Shown here in pieces: positions 29,154 to 38,261 of a stretch of DNA of 64,000 nt. The DNA lies in IMG/VR virus record IMGVR_UViG_3300011871_000002, positions 128,001 through 192,000 of that record. One strand, written 5' to 3'. Within the stretch, counting starts at the first letter, position 1. Each line of letters opens with the position of its first letter. The notes beneath the pieces are model-generated. The model worked only from the letters and a program-made list of their open reading frames with translations, had not been told where the DNA came from and did not search any database. The position numbers and the translations under genes are program-made. This DNA comes from a virus (taxonomy: Duplodnaviria > Caudoviricetes).

Positions 29154-30824
29154 ATGAACATGAAGCAATACACCGATCTCGTTCGTAAGTGCCTGACCCA
29201 AGGCAACATCCGTACCGACCGCACCAATACCGGTACCATCTCCATCTTCGGTCCCCAGATGGAGTTCGACCTGTCCAAGGGCTTCCCGCTCGATACCGGC
29301 CGCCAGCTGTTCCTGCGTGGCATCCTCGAAGAAAACTTCTGGATGCTGCGCGGTTCGACCGACAACAACGAGTTGGTCGAGCGCCGGGTCCACATCTGGG
29401 ACGAGTGGTGCAATACCGAAGTCGAATTCGATGACGATTTTGATAGTCGTCCTATTGTCTACGTAGAGCCGCGCATTAAAGATTATACGTCATACTACAA
29501 ACCTGATTCTTCTGGCGTTTCGGCACCCAACGGAACAATTGATGATAAGCTCCGCTCACAATGGATCAAAATGATGGATCGTTGTTATAATCCGTCCGCA
29601 CATAACTACAGGTACTACGGAGGTCGCAATATCTTCGTTGACGCGCGTTGGCATATTCTTCAAAATTTCATCAACGATGTAAAACAACTTCCCAACTGGA
29701 AGCACAAACTGGCAGACTGGAACAATTATAATCTCGACAAGGATTATTTTAGTTCCAACTGTTATTCCCGAGAAACTTGTTTGTGGCTCAGTAAGCAAGA
29801 AAACGGCATCTATGGTTCGACCAATAGTACCATTATTGTGGTATTCCCTAATGGACATGTTGAACTGTTTATCAGTGTTTCACAATGTGCCGAAGAGTTG
29901 GAGGTTTCGCGGAGTTCGGTACATCGTTTTACAAAAAGCGTACCTGAAGTTCTGAAAGGTGAAAATAAGAAACTTAAAGGCATTCGATTCGGTATTCTGA
30001 GTCAACCCTTCCGTTATGCAATTCCAAAAATTGGTGATCTCGGTCCTATTTATGGAAAACAGTGGCGTTTTTGGGGAGAAGAAAAAATCACCAAAGCTAC
30101 TGTGTTGGAAATCGTCAACAGTAACCTCAATGACGAAGTTCAAATGTTTACCGAACTTAGTAATCTTTTCAAAAATAACGGTATTCATTATTATTCGATC
30201 GCGCAGCGTATCGGTATCGCCGAAGACATGCTGGCCGCTGGCGTGGCCGAGAAGTTCACCCAAGCTGATCTGGATGAATTGAAAGCGTATTGCCAAAATA
30301 CCCAAAGCGAAGAAGGCGCTGCACTTACTGCTTTCGGGAAAGAGCGCGTGAACATGCGCCTCGCCCGATTCGGCATCCCGAAAACGACTACCCGCCGCGC
30401 CACCATCGACCAGATCACCAAGCTGATCGACGACTTGAAGAAGCGCCCCAACTCGCGCCGTCACGTGGTCTCGGCGTGGAATGTGGCTGCTCTGCCAGAC
30501 GAGTCGCTCACGCCCCATCAGAACGTGATGGCTGGCAAGATGGCACTGGCGCCGTGCCACGCGCTGTTCCAGTTCTACGTGGAAGACCGCAGTATTCAGG
30601 ACATGGTCGCGGAACTGCCGGAAAACGTACAGCAGGAATTCAAGTGGTTTAAGAAGGACAACGACCTGATCCACCTCGCTCAGGACATGCTCAGCCTCGA
30701 TGCACTTCCGCAACCGGCGTACTACGAAGCGATGTTTAACTTCGAAAAGCGTGAAAAGCTGATGTCATTCTTCTCGGAGCGCGGCATCAAAACCAAGAAG
30801 CTCTCCTGCAAGCTGTACCAGCGT
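29154..30824 (+). CDS. thyA: Thymidylate synthase exon 1; spliced product 29154-30824 + 31085-31399, about 661 aa with large insertions
   Basis: [57 protein letters not shown] (catalytic Cys), LYQR. Confidence 0.93.
29409..30032 (+). mobile_element. In-frame HNH-family homing-endonuclease-like insertion inside thyA
   Basis: About 208 aa between WDEW and GDLG: W..MMDRCYN....[12 protein letters not shown]...NF..D...LDKD.....YSRETC.W....N plus an HTH-like [16 protein letters not shown]; markedly AT-rich. Confidence 0.8.
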
Positions 30825-31084
30825 TCCCATTAATCTGAGCGCCCTCTAGGAGTAATCCTAGTTGAATAATCTCTCTAATTGCTGGGAAGTCTCTTTGAGA
30901 CAATCAGCAGCGAAGCTCCTATACTGGAGAACGTTCAACGACTAGCTGAAAAGCGTAGACCCAAGCGGGTCGAAACGGGAGAGGTCCTCAAATCGAGGAT
31001 CGTGATATAGTCTGCTCTGCATGGCGACATGCAGCAGTTCGTAAGAGAACGGGGAAAGCCTAGCGAACTTTCTCGAACATAATG
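30825..31084 (+). mobile_element. Self-splicing group I intron (IA2-like), 260 nt, ORF-less
   Basis: P AATTGCTGGGAA 30877-30888, Q AATCAGCAG 30902-30910, R GTTCAACGACTA 30933-30944, S TGATATAGTC 31003-31012; P7.1/P7.2 hairpins; 5' exon U.G pair with IGS GCGC; P10 TCTGA pairs with exon TCAGG; terminal G; splicing restores YQR|[11 protein letters not shown]. Confidence 0.93.
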
Positions 31085-31399
31085 TCAGGAGACATCGTGC
31101 TGGGGGTGCCATTCAATATCGCTGCTTACGCCGCCATGACGATGATGATTGCGCAATGCGTCGACATGGTGCCGGGCATGTTCATCCACACCTTCGGCGA
31201 CGCGCACATCTACAAAAACCACATTCTGCCCAACGCCCAAGGCGAATCGATCCTCACTCAACTGGAGCGGGAAGAGCGCCCGCTGCCAAAATTGTGGATC
31301 AACCCAGAAGTCAAGAACATTTTCGACTTCAAGTATGATGACTTCCGGCTGGAATCGTACCACCCCCATCCGAAAATCGAATATCCAGTAGCAGTTTAA
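31085..31399 (+). CDS. thyA: Thymidylate synthase exon 2
   Basis: [42 protein letters not shown]-terminus. Confidence 0.93.
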   Translation, partial: SGDIVLGVPFNIAAYAAMTMMIAQCVDMVPGMFIHTFGDAHIYKNHILPNAQGESILTQLEREERPLPKLWINPEVKNIFDFKYDDFRLESYHPHPKIEYPVAV

Positions 31400-31443
31400 T
31401 CGTCCGCGCCGCCGAGCAATCGGCGGCTTTCCTAGGGAAGAAA

Positions 31444-31941
31444 ATGAAAAAGATTACCATTGTCGCTGCGCTTGATCAACGTGGCGGTATCGGAAAGGCC
31501 GGGGCACTTCCTTGGAAGCTCCCAGAAGACCTGCAACACTTCAAGTGCACGACCGCATACAGTGCCATGATCATGGGGCGCAAGACGTTTGAGTCGATCG
31601 GGCGGGTACTCCCGAATCGCCGTCATGTCGTCGTCACGCGTCAAAAGGGTTGGTCGCATCCGGGCGTGGATGTGGCGCATTCGCTGGAAGAAGCCATCGC
31701 CATGATCAATGACTTGCATGTGTTCGTCATCGGCGGTGGTGAACTCTACAAGCAAGCCCTGCCGCTGTGCGACTACATGGTGTTGACGCACGTGTACGAC
31801 ACGTTCGACTGCGACACCTTCTTCCCGGATTTCAACAGGGGTGAATGGTCGGGGCGTTTCACGGTCGACCATGTTGACGCCGAATCAGGCACACGGTTTT
31901 GCTTTGGTTACTGGCTGCGTCAAGTCGGAGGAAAAGGATAG
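31444..31941 (+). CDS. folA: Dihydrofolate reductase
   Basis: GIG..G.LPWKLPEDLQHFK, IMGRKTFESIGR.LPNR, FVIGGGELY, DTFFP. Confidence 0.95.
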   Translation: MKKITIVAALDQRGGIGKAGALPWKLPEDLQHFKCTTAYSAMIMGRKTFESIGRVLPNRRHVVVTRQKGWSHPGVDVAHSLEEAIAMINDLHVFVIGGGELYKQALPLCDYMVLTHVYDTFDCDTFFPDFNRGEWSGRFTVDHVDAESGTRFCFGYWLRQVGGKG

Positions 31942-32216
31942 TGAACCAGATTCAAGAAGAAGTTGCACGCGTGGTCCACGAAAGTGGTAATCGCGATCCA
32001 CTCTTTGCTGCGGGTGTTGAAGCAGCCAATGTGTGGAGGTTGCTGGGGGAAAATCACGATTCGCCAGGTGGTGAAGAAGGTGGCCAGCTCGCGCTGCGCT
32101 CCCTCAACCGTGAGGTGTACCGGAGTTTTGCTGAATGGTACGACTACACCTTCATCATCTGGCAAGACATGGGCAATGGGCTGGACTACTGGCGTTTTAC
32201 GAAACATAAGGCGTAA
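31941..32216 (+). CDS. Hypothetical protein
   Basis: GTG start overlapping the DHFR stop, AGGA RBS. Confidence 0.5.
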   Translation: MNQIQEEVARVVHESGNRDPLFAAGVEAANVWRLLGENHDSPGGEEGGQLALRSLNREVYRSFAEWYDYTFIIWQDMGNGLDYWRFTKHKA

Positions 32217-32279
32217 TAATTAACCCGCTGCCCGTATGTGGTGGCGGGTGTTATTCTTTTTTCCGAGGAGTTAAAAATC

Positions 32280-32717
32280 ATGCAACAAGCATCGAAGTAC
32301 AGCGACCAGAGCGTCTTGCTGCAAAAAGACATCGATTACATCAAGTCAGCTGGTCAATCAGACATCGGCAAGCTGATCTCGACCGCCCAAATCTTGGGCG
32401 GTTACACCAACACCAAGTTCGCTATCGGTGAAGATGTGGTCCTGTGGATCAATCGTCCTGAGGGCTGCACACCCATCAATGGCACGGTGATTGACATCGG
32501 TGTGGGCGATCTCAACGGCTGCGACATTGCGCTGTATAACCTTGCTGTATCCACGCAAATCGAAGGCATCTACGTCTCGATCCACAATATCGGCGGCAAC
32601 ATCAGCAAAGCGGGTACGCTGGTACCCGAACACCCCGTTGCCAAGTGGCCACTGGAGGTGCTGAAGGACAACCGAGTGAAACCAAAACCCAAGCTCCGGC
32701 TCGTAAGCAAGTCGTAA
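32280..32717 (+). CDS. Hypothetical protein with C-terminal PKLRLV tail
   Basis: GAGGAG RBS before ATG 32280. Confidence 0.6.
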   Translation: MQQASKYSDQSVLLQKDIDYIKSAGQSDIGKLISTAQILGGYTNTKFAIGEDVVLWINRPEGCTPINGTVIDIGVGDLNGCDIALYNLAVSTQIEGIYVSIHNIGGNISKAGTLVPEHPVAKWPLEVLKDNRVKPKPKLRLVSKS

Positions 32718-32813
32718 AAAATAAACACGACAAGCACTCTTATGTACACACGAGTGACACGGTGGTCGTCACCCCTACCTGTCGATAATAATCCCTTACG
32801 AAAGGATGTTCCT

Positions 32814-33386
32814 ATGCTGTCCGTGCTTTTCAAGTTCCCCGTGAACCTGTGTCTGCTCGTCTACCTGGCCGCCTGCGCCATGTTGTTGTCGGTGGAAGTG
32901 CTGCGGGATAACCCCCGTCTCGTCGCGGTCTATATCCTCGCAACGTTCGCACTGGCGGTGGTTCTCGTGCGCGAAGTCAGGGAACGTGCCAAGGAAGGTG
33001 CCAGCGCGCTGGAATTCCACCGTTTGGCCGATTATCCCGGCAAGACGTTCTACGTCGGTAAGCGCGTAGCATTCAATCGCATCGGTGACCGTAAGATGTT
33101 CGAGAAGATTCTGAGTGCCGCCATGCTCGGTCGTGACGGCAGCATCTACGCGGGTGACAACCAAGCCACCCACGACCAGATTCGTCACTTCGTGCGTTCC
33201 AAACAACTGGGTCCGGTGGAGAGCTACGGTTTCCTCACCACCCACGGTCGCTACGTCGACACTATCGAAGCATGGGACATCGCGGTGGACGCCTGCCAGA
33301 TTTCGCACGTCAAAGGCACGGCTGACGGCGAACTCACCTGCGAGATGTTGTACCCAAAAGAATCCCCCCAACCCTGCGCTGCTTAA
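32814..33386 (+). CDS. Membrane protein with conserved phage domain
   Basis: Two N-terminal TM helices; GFLTTHGRYVD..EAWDIA...CQI. Confidence 0.6.
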   Translation: MLSVLFKFPVNLCLLVYLAACAMLLSVEVLRDNPRLVAVYILATFALAVVLVREVRERAKEGASALEFHRLADYPGKTFYVGKRVAFNRIGDRKMFEKILSAAMLGRDGSIYAGDNQATHDQIRHFVRSKQLGPVESYGFLTTHGRYVDTIEAWDIAVDACQISHVKGTADGELTCEMLYPKESPQPCAA

Positions 33387-33510
33387 CTACCATGCACAAA
33401 AATGCTGTTCGCCTGATCGTCCTCTTCGTTACTGCAACTGTATTGGCACTGGCCTACCATGGTTGTCACAAAGAAAAGGACGACTCGCATCAAACGCGGC
33501 AGTAAATACG

Positions 33511-33534
33511 AGCCACCCTTCGGGGTGGCTTTTA
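33511..33534 (+). terminator. Intrinsic terminator
   Basis: AGCCACCC-TTCG-GGGTGGCTTTTATG. Confidence 0.8.
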
Positions 33535-33601
33535 TGTCGCAATGTCTTTTTATACTACAAACGCTAACCCTATGTCTAACCACCCACGAGGAAACAATAA
33601 C

Positions 33602-34216
33602 ATGTCCCGCAAAAGTATGACCTTTGTCGCCAGCCAGTTCGACTTCAACGCAGTGGAAAAGGTCCACCTCCACAAACACCTGTTCTCGCAGTACGGCCAA
33701 CACATCGGCAAAGCAGCAAAACAACTGCGCGAGATGTTCGAGATGATCCAGATGAACCCCGTATTGGCGGTTTCCATCAATGTCGCCGTCTTCGCGGGCG
33801 ACACCGTAGGGAATAACGGCATGGGTGAAAACTACCAGGCGGCCCTGCTGGCAGACGTTCCACCCGCCGGTGATTTCCCTTCGCCGATCATCGAGTGCGG
33901 TGTACACGAAGGCGACGGCGCCATCGACAATGAAGGCGAAGTCGCCTACATGTCGAAAGCACAGGTGCTCGAAGTGTTCGACCAGTTCGTACAGGAGCAT
34001 CACGCCAAGGACTTCGTCTCGCGCAACGGCGAAGCGAAAATACAGTTCGTCAGCTTCGCGCACAAGGTACGCATCTTCATCCAGATGCTCGACGATAAAG
34101 CCTGCCACGGCATGGTGGGGTCGATCGACCCGGACCCGAACGAATCATCCTTCAATCTGGCCATCGACTATATGGAGCCAGAGGCGCTGATTTCCCTGAA
34201 TCTGTACGCACCGTAA
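33602..34216 (+). CDS. Hypothetical protein
   Basis: GAGGA RBS before ATG 33602. Confidence 0.6.
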   Translation: MSRKSMTFVASQFDFNAVEKVHLHKHLFSQYGQHIGKAAKQLREMFEMIQMNPVLAVSINVAVFAGDTVGNNGMGENYQAALLADVPPAGDFPSPIIECGVHEGDGAIDNEGEVAYMSKAQVLEVFDQFVQEHHAKDFVSRNGEAKIQFVSFAHKVRIFIQMLDDKACHGMVGSIDPDPNESSFNLAIDYMEPEALISLNLYAP

Positions 34217-34317
34217 TGGTTATCGCCCCCGCCCCTGTGGCGGGGGTGTATGCCACTTAAAAATTACGTTCACAAAAGTAAGTATAGTAGGCCAATACCA
34301 ACAACTAGGGTTAAACC

Positions 34318-35544
34318 ATGGGGAATGATAAACCAGCAGCAGAGCAGTACCGGGATCTGGCGAAGATCGTGCAGGAAAAGATATCGGGCACAGAGCGCAA
34401 AACCGAGATCATGATGGAGACCTTGTCGCAGCTGTTCTTGCTGTTGGGTACCAACATGAGTGGCAGCGGAAGGCTCGCGGTGGACGCACTGCACAAAGAA
34501 TTCTTGGGCGAATGCCGGCCCTTGAGGATGAGTTGGCAAACCACCTTCCACGATGTGTTTTCGGGTAACGGGCCACTGGCTAATTACCTGCGCGAGAAGG
34601 TCGATTTCTCCCAGATCGCCACTCTCTATCCAGAAATCGAATCGGCGCAAGAAGCAAGAAACATCGTATTGCGCGATATCGAATCGTTCGACTTCAAGCT
34701 CCACGAAGACCCGAACGATTATAAGGCATTGCTCGCTTTCTTGCATGACCTGCAAGAGGGCTCGGCAAACATGATGCCTTTTTCTTTTGTGCATTGCCCC
34801 GACCCACGTGGGCTTGAAATTGCCCTGTCGGAGATGGCGTGGGACCAAGCGTGGGGTACCTTCCCCAGCGGGTTCTACGAAGACACCAGTCGGCCTGCTA
34901 AAGAAGACGGCAGTATTCCGTGGATTTTCCTGATGAAGGTCAATGTGTTTTCTCCGGGCGTCGACGCGTGTCGGCTAGTACTTTTGATGCGACAGCAATG
35001 TTCGCCGCAGATCTACATCAACCATCCGTTCGAGGGTGGCTGGTACCCGTGGGATCAAAAGCACATGTTGCGTAACATGCTGTCCTCGTTGGTGCGTGAA
35101 TATGCCATGCACGCCCTAGTGCTCCTACGACCGAGAGCGGTGCGCTGGAACTTCCAAGAAGAAATCAAGGGTCTGGTGGATCGGAACCGCAAATACTTGT
35201 GGCAACACGGTTGCCTGCCATCACAGCTGGTGTTTGGTCGCAAAGCTGATCCGGCGCCGGGTGTGTTTGCTGACTTCATGTGGGTACCCAATAGTGCCCG
35301 CTTGACCGTGCTATGTGTGAATGTCTGTATGGTGTTTTACTGTACCTACCACAATAACAACTGGGACCAGCAGGTGCGTTTCATCCGCCCCCAGCACCCG
35401 AAATCCTTGATCACGATTCCAATCGACGAAAAAGATATTTCCGAAGACCAACAACGCGCCCTGATCCAGCGCGCCTCCTACGCGATTAATCTCAAGAATC
35501 GCGCCATCGAAGAACACCATCAAAAAGAAAGAGAAGCAGCATGA
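34318..35544 (+). CDS. Hypothetical protein
   Basis: 408 aa, ATGA overlap with the next gene. Confidence 0.65.
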   Translation: MGNDKPAAEQYRDLAKIVQEKISGTERKTEIMMETLSQLFLLLGTNMSGSGRLAVDALHKEFLGECRPLRMSWQTTFHDVFSGNGPLANYLREKVDFSQIATLYPEIESAQEARNIVLRDIESFDFKLHEDPNDYKALLAFLHDLQEGSANMMPFSFVHCPDPRGLEIALSEMAWDQAWGTFPSGFYEDTSRPAKEDGSIPWIFLMKVNVFSPGVDACRLVLLMRQQCSPQIYINHPFEGGWYPWDQKHMLRNMLSSLVREYAMHALVLLRPRAVRWNFQEEIKGLVDRNRKYLWQHGCLPSQLVFGRKADPAPGVFADFMWVPNSARLTVLCVNVCMVFYCTYHNNNWDQQVRFIRPQHPKSLITIPIDEKDISEDQQRALIQRASYAINLKNRAIEEHHQKEREAA

Positions 35545-36671
35545 ACGCACCTACTCCTAAGAAACACCCGCAATCCATCCTCGGCTTTTTCGACAAGTAT
35601 TTCAACATGGCTGGTTTCACCAACGGCCTGACCGAATACCCTTTCGAGAAGTTCCTCGAAGAAGTGCAACCCTACCACGTGATCGCTGAACGCAACTTCC
35701 TGGAAAGCTTCCGGGGTGTGCGCCAAGCATTGCCGTGCGCAGCGATTCGCCAGCGCCGCGAAAGCGACGGCGCCACGGTGTACTGGCTCTTCAAACGTAC
35801 CGAGAAGATCGGCGAAGCAAAGCTGGCTGGCAAGACCGCCTGCTTCTGGGGTGGCCACGTCGACGCCGCTGACGCTGTGTTCAACGATAAGTCGGTGCTC
35901 GATCTCGGTACCACGCTGGTCGTCGGGCGTGACCGTGAACAGGGTGAAGAATACCGCATCATCCATCGCGATGGTGCGTGCGGCGAAAACTGGTCGGTAA
36001 AAGTACCACTTACTCCCGCTGACCAATTCATCGCCAACAGCACGGTCGAAGTCGACAAGTATCACGTCGCCATCATCTACACGGTCGACCTGCCGGCCAA
36101 CTATGCGGTCGAAGTGCTCGAAGAAGAACTGATCGGCATCCCGACCCCGATGTCGGCGCAGGAAGCACTGGACGCCCACGAGGCGGGCGAGATCGACCTG
36201 GAAAGCTGGGCGCTGATCTACTTCCGTCACGTGCGTGCACAGGAACTGCTGGATTCGGGTGCCAAGATTGAAGCAGGCGCGAAGGAAGACATCGACAGTG
36301 GAGTCTACCAGAATACCTGGGTCGGAAATTCGGACTTTCGTGTCGAGGCTGGTGAACTGACCGACAAAGAGCGCAAGCAAGGTTACAGCTGGCCGCTGAC
36401 CTTCAAAGCACCTGTTGTGGGTTTCGATATGGGTAACGCGGGTGGGCCAATCTCGCCGCCTGATATCTCTCTTGACCCCAGCAAGGGCGGTGTGCGTAAC
36501 GAAGATGGTACTCGTACGTCGCTTGCAGAACTCGCCCAACAGTCGGCTGACCTGTACCTCAGTGATGCACCGCAAGAAATTAAGGACGCGGTCGCTGATC
36601 TCATTCCAAAAGCCCTCGCAAAGGTCCATGGCGAGTTCTGGACTAAGTCCGAAGAAGACAATCCGCAATAA
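35541..36671 (+). CDS. Nudix-fold hydrolase-like protein with C-terminal extension
   Basis: RQALP...KRTEKIGEAKL....CFWGGHVDAAD...REQGEEY...VDKYH, a degenerate Nudix box. Confidence 0.65.
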   Translation: MNAPTPKKHPQSILGFFDKYFNMAGFTNGLTEYPFEKFLEEVQPYHVIAERNFLESFRGVRQALPCAAIRQRRESDGATVYWLFKRTEKIGEAKLAGKTACFWGGHVDAADAVFNDKSVLDLGTTLVVGRDREQGEEYRIIHRDGACGENWSVKVPLTPADQFIANSTVEVDKYHVAIIYTVDLPANYAVEVLEEELIGIPTPMSAQEALDAHEAGEIDLESWALIYFRHVRAQELLDSGAKIEAGAKEDIDSGVYQNTWVGNSDFRVEAGELTDKERKQGYSWPLTFKAPVVGFDMGNAGGPISPPDISLDPSKGGVRNEDGTRTSLAELAQQSADLYLSDAPQEIKDAVADLIPKALAKVHGEFWTKSEEDNPQ

Positions 36672-36729
36672 AGTCGGCATAAGCCTCACCACCGACCGGT
36701 GGTGAGGCACAAGAAAGGGGATAAGAATA

Positions 36730-37581
36730 ATGGAAGAAAAGAAAGTAGAAGAGCCTGACAAAGTACCGCTATTGTTGTTCTCTGGTGGACTGGACTCCAG
36801 TTACCAGCTCCAACGCTATCTGGAACAAGGTGATGTGGAGACGTTGTATGTCACCGGCAGCCAGCACCCAACCAAGACCGTAAAAGAGCGAGAAGTCAGG
36901 CAGCGCATTATCAAAGTGCTGGAAGAAAGAACCGGTAACAGGGTTCTAAAAGACCACCACGTCGAAGTAAAGGAACTGTTTTCCAGCTATCCACAATCTA
37001 CGTTTAAGCAGCCAATGATGTGGCTTAACGCAGCGTTGCATGTAGTGAACTCCAGAAAGCACAGCCATTTATCTATCGCCTATGTCGCGGGTGACCAGAT
37101 AGCATGTAAGATTCCCTACCTTATCAATGCGTGGGATAACATGCAATACGTCTGTAAAGAAGAACATGTTCCTGTGCGCTTCCCGCTGGAAGTCACGACC
37201 AAACAGATGATTCTCAAGGAGATCTGGTCTGAAGTCATCCAACACGTCTGGGTCTGCGAAACGCCGAGAATGTGGAAAGATGGCCGGGAACTTTATTTAT
37301 GGAACAGTGATTTCACTGCCCATCAGACTGACACCATAAAGGCGTGTGGTGACTGCCTGCCCTGCCTGACCATGGCTGGCCAGCTGCATATGTGGAAACT
37401 GCGGCACGGAAGACATTACAGCTTTCACTATCTGCACAAGCTTCAACATTCCCGTAACAACCAACGCGCCCGGCAATACGGCGCGAATAAAGAAGAAAGA
37501 AAAGACAACGATGAATATCAAGAGATTCAGCTCTCCCCTGAAAATATTTGTGACCCGTCTGTTGACACCTTATCCGGGTAA
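36730..37581 (+). CDS. QueC-like (7-cyano-7-deazaguanine synthase-like) PP-loop ATP pyrophosphatase
   Basis: LLLFSGGLDSS PP-loop; FPL...TK..I; WVCE...ACGDCLPC Zn cluster. Confidence 0.75.
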   Translation: MEEKKVEEPDKVPLLLFSGGLDSSYQLQRYLEQGDVETLYVTGSQHPTKTVKEREVRQRIIKVLEERTGNRVLKDHHVEVKELFSSYPQSTFKQPMMWLNAALHVVNSRKHSHLSIAYVAGDQIACKIPYLINAWDNMQYVCKEEHVPVRFPLEVTTKQMILKEIWSEVIQHVWVCETPRMWKDGRELYLWNSDFTAHQTDTIKACGDCLPCLTMAGQLHMWKLRHGRHYSFHYLHKLQHSRNNQRARQYGANKEERKDNDEYQEIQLSPENICDPSVDTLSG

Positions 37582-37831
37582 AGAAGTGATGCGCGAGCGC
37601 AGCGTCGCGACGGAACACGTCGGCAGTATCTGTACTCCGCAAAACATCGAAGAACGGCTCCTCACCCTACTGGCAGACGCCGCGGCATCAGGTCTGACGG
37701 TGGAAGTGGTCCAGCAGCCACTACACCCCCTGGCCATGGGCCACTACCGTGACCACATCGTCGTTCGTGAGTCGCGCGAAATGGTCAAGATGATCATGGA
37801 ACGCCCCAACCCTAAGAAGGAAGCAGCATGA
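37511..37831 (+). CDS. Hypothetical protein (true start may be downstream)
   Basis: PLAMGHY motif; ATGA overlap with the next gene. Confidence 0.5.
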   Translation: MNIKRFSSPLKIFVTRLLTPYPGKEVMRERSVATEHVGSICTPQNIEERLLTLLADAAASGLTVEVVQQPLHPLAMGHYRDHIVVRESREMVKMIMERPNPKKEAA

Positions 37832-38229
37832 AAGCCACGCCAGCCAACCGCGAGATCAAGTACCACCACTACGGGGCGCATCCACCCGAAGTAACGGTTG
37901 AATGTATCCAGCGCCCTGAGAAGATGGGGATGCGCGACTACTACGTCATCGGCTACCATGGTTTTCCGTACTACGGCAGCCAAGTACCAAAGTCGAACAT
38001 CATGGTGGAACTGGCGTTTCAAAAAGGTGCACCCCAGATTGCTGGCAACAACGGCATTACCAGGGAAGCACTGCTTGCCGTCGTCATCGATAGTCTCGAA
38101 GTATTGCAGGCTGGTCCCTACCCGTGCGAAGAAAACGCCAAAGCACTGGCCTGCCTCAAAGAAGGCATCGAGCACTTGCACGCTCGTTCGCGCCGGATGC
38201 AGCAAACCTTCATCGAACGGGACGTGTAG
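37828..38229 (+). CDS. tad1: Tad1-like anti-Thoeris/anti-CBASS nucleotide-signal sponge (divergent)
   Basis: FQKGA....NGITREALLAVVIDSL..LQAGPYPCEENAKALACLKEGIEHL..R matches the Tad1 family pattern FQ.G......G....LL..V.DRL..FQ.GPF...EN..AL...EEAL. Confidence 0.75.
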   Translation: MKATPANREIKYHHYGAHPPEVTVECIQRPEKMGMRDYYVIGYHGFPYYGSQVPKSNIMVELAFQKGAPQIAGNNGITREALLAVVIDSLEVLQAGPYPCEENAKALACLKEGIEHLHARSRRMQQTFIERDV

Positions 38230-38261
38230 GTAATTTTTTACTTGCATAATCAGTATGTTAT

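Noticed and set aside
29409-30032. Intein in thyA (the insert starts with Cys)
   Set aside because: No block B TxxH and no terminal His-Asn followed by Cys/Ser/Thr; the insert is almost entirely nuclease plus HTH.
31082-31399. Stand-alone 105-aa gene or thyA pseudogene
   Set aside because: Its ATG is the end of the intron (terminal G at 31084); splicing restores a complete ThyA.
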